This document shows, piece after piece, positions 27,226 through 33,207 of a DNA stretch of 33,207 nt. The DNA comes from a virus (lineage: Duplodnaviria; Caudoviricetes). Positions within the stretch are counted from its first letter, which is position 1. Each line of letters begins with the position of its first letter. Under the pieces are notes generated by a model. That model made no database searches. It saw only the letters and a program-made list of their open reading frames with translations, and was not told the origin of the DNA. A program made the position numbers and the translations under genes. The DNA lies in the IMG/VR virus record IMGVR_UViG_3300042923_001647, positions 1-33,207 of that record; one strand, written 5' to 3'.

Positions 27226-28119
27226 TTACTGATATATATTCTGTTCTAATCCAAACGCAGGAGCAAGCGCATTTTTTATTGAATTTCCTGCAAAATAATC
27301 TACTCCAATCCCAACAGCAATACTAGTCATTGCTACAACGGCTGGTGTGGCAGCTACTAAGATTCCTACTGTTATTGCAACTCCTATCACTCCTACAGTT
27401 ATTGCTGATGATATTGCTCCAGTAACAAGGCCTGCTACAGCATCCCTACCAACTTCAGCTCCTCTCTTACCATCAAAAAGATAGCTAAAACCTGCAGAGA
27501 ATAATGCTGATGTAGCACCTCCTTTTATGATTGCTTTTGCTGTTATCTTTGCAAAATCACCAATAGAATGTCTCATTATTGAGCTTACCAGCCCTGCTTC
27601 TGAACCACAAGCTTTACTTATACGTTGAGTTGTAATTTTTCCAGTTTTTAAATTTGTATATTGATAGGACTATCCCTTTGTGTTTGTCTCTACTACCTTA
27701 ACAGATTTATCATCAAATAACTGACCAGTTAATGTTTGGACATCCCCATATCCTGATATAAGTGTTTGCTTAACTGTTTTTACTATTGGATCCTTTTTTT
27801 CTATTCTTCGGTATTTATTTTGTTTCCACTGAATTAACTTTTCTTCTTCATCTCTATAATCATCCACACTAGTCCCAGCAGCCTCATCAGTTACTGAAAA
27901 TGCTCTATGCCCTGTTGGATCAACATAATTTATAGGATTATTAGATGTATAGCTGTAAAGATGCTGTGTCCATGATTCATATGGGTTTCCTGCATAAGTA
28001 TCCTTTGTTAAGGATCTTCCTGTATTAGGATTGTAGAATCTGGTATTCATGTAGTAAAGGTTTGATGAAGCGTCATGCACTGCTCCTGTGAATTTGGTAT
28101 CATTCTTAAATATCTGCAA
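27226..28119 (-). pseudogene. Orphan RHS cassette 1: core repeat plus hydrophobic toxin tip, split by one in-frame TAG
   Basis: 27865-28112 copies 29339-29586. Track ORFs 27670..28119 and 27226..27576 are in the same frame, separated only by TAG at 27672-27670. Confidence 0.85.
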
Positions 28120-28345
28120 ACTTCACGTCTTAGCAGATTTATCCGAACTCTAAATAATTGTAGCTATTCACTAAAATATAATTAGATCCACTCACATTAT
28201 AGAGCAAAAAATCATACACGATATAATTTTTTACTTATCGACTTGAAAAATATAGAGAAGATTCATAAATCCAAGCATGCTTATCGCTTAAATTTATGAA
28301 TCGCTGTCTTAAACACTTGGCTTTAGTTAATAAAGTAATCTTTTT

Positions 28346-28816
28346 CTATAAATTGTCTCCAAGTGATATAACTCCAATAATAATTGCTGAAACAATTATT
28401 ATAAAAATTAATATCATAAACATTGATAGTCTTGCCATAGCTATCTGCTCTTCATTTTTGCTTTTAAGCATTAATTTTAATCTCATCACAAAAAAATAAC
28501 TTATAGGTATAATGCTACAACCGAGAATAATTAACTGCACATTCTTGTTGATTAATGATAATGTTCTCAAAATAACAAATATAATAATTATTGTAATAGA
28601 CATAAAACCAGACACGTAGAGATACATTGGCGTTATAGGATTTTCCCTTTTTTTATCTTTTATAAACTCATAAATAAAGATAAAAAATAGTATTAAAACC
28701 AATAATAAACTTATATATTTAGGTATATTCTTACTTAGACTAATTATAGCCATAATCATAACTATTAATGCCAGTAATTTACTTTCTATTTTTTTTACAA
28801 CCATTATCTTGTGCAC
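28346..28816 (-). CDS. Membrane protein, putative cognate immunity for RHS1
   Basis: About 5 hydrophobic segments; starts 7 nt after the RHS1 stop. Confidence 0.75.
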   Translation of the reverse strand: MHKIMVVKKIESKLLALIVMIMAIISLSKNIPKYISLLLVLILFFIFIYEFIKDKKRENPITPMYLYVSGFMSITIIIIFVILRTLSLINKNVQLIILGCSIIPISYFFVMRLKLMLKSKNEEQIAMARLSMFMILIFIIIVSAIIIGVISLGDNL

Positions 28817-28822
28817 TCCATT

Positions 28823-31800
28823 CTATCGTTTCTTTTGGTCGAAAAACACGTCATTTACCATGTCAGCTCCCAATCCAATTCCAAACGCAATAATAACTCC
28901 AGTTATTACAACTGGTGTCGATGCTGTAGCTGTCATAGCACCAATAGCAATACCTAATGACATAGCTGCGATATTAACTCCCGTTCTTAACAGAGGATGT
29001 TTATATTGTGTAAAATTCTCTATTGTTTCTGGTATTGTGAGTACTGCACTAGCTATACCTATTTTACCAAGCATCTTTAATGATTTAGCTCCAACTTTAG
29101 GAACAATAGTTTCAGCTGTAACGCCCTTACCAAACTTAAATATAAATGACCTTTTGGCATTTCTGTTTGGTAAATTATCTGCCAACTCACCTAAAGTAAC
29201 ATGTTCAGGAACCTTCTCGGTAAAATATTCGCCAAGCTTATCAGCAGAAGTATCTCTCAGTCCAGATATTAAAGCCACTTTAGTTGCCCTCTTTACTTTT
29301 ACTGCTATGTTATTTTTATCATCTGCATTTGTATCATGCACACTAGTCCCAGCAGCCTCATCAGTTACTGAAAATGCTCTATGCCCTGTTGGATCAACAT
29401 AATTTATAGGATTATTCGATGTATAGCTATAAAGATGCTGTGTCCATGATTCATATGGGTTCCCTGCATAAGTATCTTGAGTCAAGAACCTACCTGTATT
29501 AGGATTGTAGAATCTTGCGTTCATATAGTATAGGTTCGATGAAACATCATGCACTGCTCCTGTGAATTTGGTATCATTCTTAAATAGACTGTCTCCACTA
29601 TCCTTTGTTTTACCAAATTCATCATAATCATAGCCCTTAACTAAGCTGCCGTCAGGCTTTATTATGCTTGTTACACTTCCTCTAATATCATAATTATAGA
29701 AGAAGTACATGTTAGCATAATTACCATCAAATCTCTTGGAAGCCACTATTGTACCAGATGGATCAAGAATATGCTCCTGGCCTTTATTATTGTTCATGTC
29801 AGCAGTGTATAGAAGGCTGTCGCCATCATAATAATACTTAGTTGCTACTCCATCTTCTATTTGTTTTATTCTTTGACCATCACCATTATAGGTGTTTTCT
29901 ATGTTCTTAGTGCTGCTTTCATTGGTTATGGTTAAGTTTATAAGTCTATCAGCTTTGTCATACCCGAAGGTTGTAGTTTTTGAACCTGTTACTTCGCTTG
30001 TCTGATTACCGTTTAAATCATAGGCAAAAGTTGAATCTACTGTACCATTTTTCTTTGTCTCTTGTAGGCTGTTAAACTGATTATAATTATAGCTGAAGTT
30101 ATCGCTTCCTTCGCTCATAGTGAGTCTATTTCCTACCTTGTCGTAGGTATAGCTTGTAGTTTTATTCTCACTGCTGTTTACTACTGATAGAAGTCTTCCT
30201 ATCTCATCATAATTATAAGCTTTATTTATAGTCTTTTCACTGTCGTAGTTTGTATAGGCAGCTTCATTTTTTATAAAACCTCTCTTGTCATATTCTAATG
30301 TATATTCTTCCTTCTTTGTGCTGTTATTGTCAAGATAGGCAATACTGTTTGTAAATCCTGCACTATTGTAGCCGTATTTTGTCCTTATAAAGTCAGTTCC
30401 ACCTGTGTCAAAGCTTCTATAACTGTTTGTATAATCTATCTTCCCTGAAGGAGTATAGCTGTAGTCACTTACTGCTTTTCCGTTTAGAAGTACGCTTTGA
30501 AGTCTTCCTAAGGTATCATAGTTATATTCGATACTCTTTGTGCTGCTTCCTTCTATATAAGAAACTTTTGTTCTGTTTCCGCTACCATCGTATTGATAAT
30601 CAACAGCACTACCTTCTTGTACATATTGTATAATTCTGTCTAGCTTATCATAGCCATAGGTGGTGTCTATAGCTTTTCCGTCTTTAACATCCCTCATGGA
30701 AACCCTATTGCCATTATCGTCATAGCCAAAGCTGGTGTAGTTATTGCTGTCATAGGTTACCTTTTCTAGTCTGTCTAAATTGTCATAATCGTAGGATATA
30801 TAGTTTCCATCAGGCTTGATAAGCTTTTTTAGATTTCCTTTAGGGTCATACTCATACCTTGTAACTTGCCTTTCGCTGTCACCTGTAGTTCCTTCCTTAA
30901 CTTCCTTTACCTTTCTTCCAAGGGAGTCAAAATAAGTTAGCGTTTCTCTGTTTAAGGCATCTATACTCTTGTTGTAAACTATGCTTCCTTCTTTTATGTC
31001 ATATTGATAGCTTGTGAAAATTTCTTGTCCGTTTACAGTGTTAGCTGTCTTTTTGAGTCTTCCTATTTTATCATATTGGTAGCTTGATATATTTCCCTCT
31101 CCATCTTTTGATGTCAGTTTGTTTCCCATCAAGTCAAAGGTGAATTCGTTAACTATATTTAAGTTTGAAGGGTCTGTGATTGTTTTAACTCCCTGATTTA
31201 ATTCATTGTATACTGCCTTTGTTTCTCTGCCTTCTGCATCCTTAGACTTAACCATATTTCCTGCTTGGTCATATTCATAAGTTACAAAGGTTCCTCCGCC
31301 CTCTTCCTTTATAACTCTTCCAGCTGCATCATAGTAAGTCTTTGTTATTCTGCCCTCAGCGTCTTTGGATGTAACAATAACATTATTATCTGTTCCATAT
31401 CCATAGCTTGTGGTGTGAGTTTTGCTGTCAGCATCTGTTATGCTTTTTATTCTATCTATCGAATCGTAGCTGTATACTGTTGTAAAGCCTCTTCTATTCC
31501 TAGCGTGAGTTAAATTACTGTTTAAATCATATTCGTTTTCTGTATATTTTCCATCAGCATATATTATCTTTTTCTGTCTTCCCAATAGATCATAAACAGT
31601 TTCAATTGTTCTTCCTAAAGCATCCTTTACCTTTGTTGGGTTATTTTGAGCATCAAAGGCTAAGACTTCTGTTACTTTTCCTTGCGGCTCTGTAATTTTT
31701 ACAAGTCTTCCCTTACTGTCATATTCATAGCTGGTAGTGTTTCCAAAGCTGTCTGTAGTTGAGGTTAAATTACCTAAGGCATCGTAAGTGCTGCTATTGA

Positions 31801-33207
31801 TTTTACTCTCAGCATCTTTCACTGTCTTAACATTACCTTTGCTGTCATAGGTATATTCTGTTACTGCAAAGCTTCCTGAGCCGATTGGACTGCTTATTTG
31901 TCCTACCTTATTAAAGCTGTTGTAATTTTTATATTCTGTTATATTTCCTAGAGGATCCTTGACAGTTAAAATATTACCATTAGAATCGTAGGTATAGTAG
32001 TAATTTAACTCTTTATTTACTCCACCTACGTTATTCATATAATACATTCTAGTTACATTATAATTCTCGTCAACCTCATAGCTGATGCTATTTCCTAAAG
32101 GGTCTATCTTTTTAGTTATGTTTCCACTGTCATTATAATTAAATATTGAAGTCTTTCCTCTATTGCTCGTTATTGAAGTGCTTAGTGATCCATAGCTTAT
32201 TGTATAAAATTCATTTATAGGGTCTGTTACTTTTGTCAGCTTTTCATTTGTATAGGCAATTGCAGTTGTATTTTTCTTTGGGTCTATGATGCTTTGGATT
32301 TTTCCATTGCTGTCATAAACAAACTCTTCTGAGTATTCAACATTATTTTCAATTAAAGTGTACATTTTCTTCAGTCTATCTGTGGTGTCATCGTAAAGAT
32401 AGGTGAAGCTTCTTCCGGCAGGATCCGTTACTGTTTTAAGTCTATCCTTTGTATCGTAATCTAATATGCTTGTATTTCCATAACTATCTTTAACCTGAGT
32501 CACATTTCCTCTTGCATTATAGGAAAGCTCAAGGAAGTTTCCATTAGGCTCTGTAAATTTGGTAAGCTTCATAGTCTTGTCAAAGATATATTCTATGTTG
32601 TCTTTTCTTTTTATTTTGTAACTGCCATCTGCACTGTTAAAGTTTAAGGACATATATAAGCCTTTTGCGGCGCTATAGCTTCCATCAGCATTCTTAGTAA
32701 ATCTATGAATACTTCCATCTCCGTCTTTTAGTATTATACCTATTTCACTGCCTACTGCATCGTATTCCTTTAATAGATTTGTATTGAAGCTGAAATCAAA
32801 GCCATAGCCTAAAGGAGTTTTAGTTGTAGATTGACTGTTATAGCTTCTTCTCATTGTCTGAATTAAAGCAGAACCTGGAAAAACAAAGTCTACTGTTTGA
32901 TAAGCTAAATTTCCAGTACTTAAATTTATATACCCTTGACCACTTCCAGTTCTAAACTGAGAAAATCCCCAGTAATTTTGAAGTCCTAATCTTTTTTCAA
33001 GTTCATTTTTAGAAACTACTGTAGCATTAGTTGTATTTGAAGTTATACTTTCTCTCCTTATTCCATTGATATTTTTTACGGCAGTTACTTTATAATAAAA
33101 TTTTTGTCCATAGTTTAAATTGTAGTCATTCCAATAAAGTGTACCTATTCCTTCTGCTATTTTATTGCTTGGAGCTGGAGTAAAATTTTCAGTAGTTGCC
33201 CTATAAA
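28823..33207 (-). CDS. C-terminal part of RHS1: YD repeats, RHS core, hydrophobic (putative pore-forming) tip
   Basis: Frame is open from the window end (..YKVTAVKNING..LGLQNYWG..GYINLSTGNL..MRRSYNS); core ARFYNPNTGRFLTQD..NNPINYVDPTGH; tip rich in Ala/Gly/Ile helices. Confidence 0.93.
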   Translation of the reverse strand, partial: YRATTENFTPAPSNKIAEGIGTLYWNDYNLNYGQKFYYKVTAVKNINGIRRESITSNTTNATVVSKNELEKRLGLQNYWGFSQFRTGSGQGYINLSTGNLAYQTVDFVFPGSALIQTMRRSYNSQSTTKTPLGYGFDFSFNTNLLKEYDAVGSEIGIILKDGDGSIHRFTKNADGSYSAAKGLYMSLNFNSADGSYKIKRKDNIEYIFDKTMKLTKFTEPNGNFLELSYNARGNVTQVKDSYGNTSILDYDTKDRLKTVTDPAGRSFTYLYDDTTDRLKKMYTLIENNVEYSEEFVYDSNGKIQSIIDPKKNTTAIAYTNEKLTKVTDPINEFYTISYGSLSTSITSNRGKTSIFNYNDSGNITKKIDPLGNSISYEVDENYNVTRMYYMNNVGGVNKELNYYYTYDSNGNILTVKDPLGNITEYKNYNSFNKVGQISSPIGSGSFAVTEYTYDSKGNVKTVKDAESKINSSTYDALGNLTSTTDSFGNTTSYEYDSKGRLVKITEPQGKVTEVLAFDAQNNPTKVKDALGRTIETVYDLLGRQKKIIYADGKYTENEYDLNSNLTHARNRRGFTTVYSYDSIDRIKSITDADSKTHTTSYGYGTDNNVIVTSKDAEGRITKTYYDAAGRVIKEEGGGTFVTYEYDQAGNMVKSKDAEGRETKAVYNELNQGVKTITDPSNLNIVNEFTFDLMGNKLTSKDGEGNISSYQYDKIGRLKKTANTVNGQEIFTSYQYDIKEGSIVYNKSIDALNRETLTYFDSLGRKVKEVKEGTTGDSERQVTRYEYDPKGNLKKLIKPDGNYISYDYDNLDRLEKVTYDSNNYTSFGYDDNGNRVSMRDVKDGKAIDTTYGYDKLDRIIQYVQEGSAVDYQYDGSGNRTKVSYIEGSSTKSIEYNYDTLGRLQSVLLNGKAVSDYSYTPSGKIDYTNSYRSFDTGGTDFIRTKYGYNSAGFTNSIAYLDNNSTKKEEYTLEYDKRGFIKNEAAYTNYDSEKTINKAYNYDEIGRLLSVVNSSENKTTSYTYDKVGNRLTMSEGSDNFSYNYNQFNSLQETKKNGTVDSTFAYDLNGNQTSEVTGSKTTTFGYDKADRLINLTITNESSTKNIENTYNGDGQRIKQIEDGVATKYYYDGDSLLYTADMNNNKGQEHILDPSGTIVASKRFDGNYANMYFFYNYDIRGSVTSIIKPDGSLVKGYDYDEFGKTKDSGDSLFKNDTKFTGAVHDVSSNLYYMNARFYNPNTGRFLTQDTYAGNPYESWTQHLYSYTSNNPINYVDPTGHRAFSVTDEAAGTSVHDTNADDKNNIAVKVKRATKVALISGLRDTSADKLGEYFTEKVPEHVTLGELADNLPNRNAKRSFIFKFGKGVTAETIVPKVGAKSLKMLGKIGIASAVLTIPETIENFTQYKHPLLRTGVNIAAMSLGIAIGAMTATASTPVVITGVIIAFGIGLGADMVNDVFFDQKKR
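33081..33207. repeat. Terminal direct repeat, copy 2
   Basis: Identical to 1-127. Confidence 0.97.

Larger units (their letters stand above)
1..33080. mobile_element. Circular, excised phage-derived integrative element or satellite with no virion genes, carrying RHS toxins and a defence island
   Basis: Terminal overlap; serine recombinase with adjacent intact attP-like IR; CI/Cro, Rep and RinA-like genes in temperate-phage order; no structural, lysis or conjugation ORFs recognised. Confidence 0.85.

Noticed and set aside
27670-27672. Programmed amber read-through (pyrrolysine or recoded genome)
   Set aside because: TAG ends several intact genes here (e.g. 12048, 16205, 28823) and neighbouring orphan DNA has other lesions, so simple decay is more likely.
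20294-31513. Plus-strand ORFs within the RHS regions (20294, 20472, 23352, 23739, 25155, 25686, 28296, 28809, 30427, 31265)
   Set aside because: Antisense shadows of RHS or immunity genes.
28823-32854. Track ORF as a stand-alone 1343-aa gene
   Set aside because: No RBS or signal peptide at 32854, and the frame stays open upstream through the junction to 3281.
33081-33207. 127-bp terminal repeat as a biological terminal repeat or att site
   Set aside because: It falls mid-gene and equals a typical assembler k-mer overlap, so it indicates circularity only.
1-33207. CRISPR array, tRNA or rRNA genes
   Set aside because: No regularly spaced repeat-spacer units or cloverleaf/rRNA-like sequence seen; the repeats present are coding YD, ChW and core duplications.

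Overview
An AT-rich, clostridial-type sequence that is almost certainly one complete circular element of 33,080 bp: bases 1-127 are repeated exactly at 33081-33207, and a ~2,512-codon ORF reads through that junction. It has the early half of a temperate Firmicutes phage: large serine recombinase with an intact attP-like inverted repeat, CI/Cro switch, small early genes including a Spo0E-like phosphatase, replication initiator with internal iterons, and a RinA/ArpU-like late activator. I found no capsid, terminase, tail, lysis or conjugation genes. The space where virion genes would lie holds two secreted WapA-like RHS/YD polymorphic toxins with immunity genes, two decaying orphan toxin/immunity cassettes, and a GC-rich stretch resembling a phage cos region. 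Between repressor and recombinase sits a four-gene candidate defence system that I do not recognise as a named one: a Zn-motif TIM-barrel (TGT/Beta-like) protein, a SIR2-like protein, a small PD-(D/E)xK protein and a YwgA/Panacea-like protein. All family calls come from reading motifs by eye, with no database searches.
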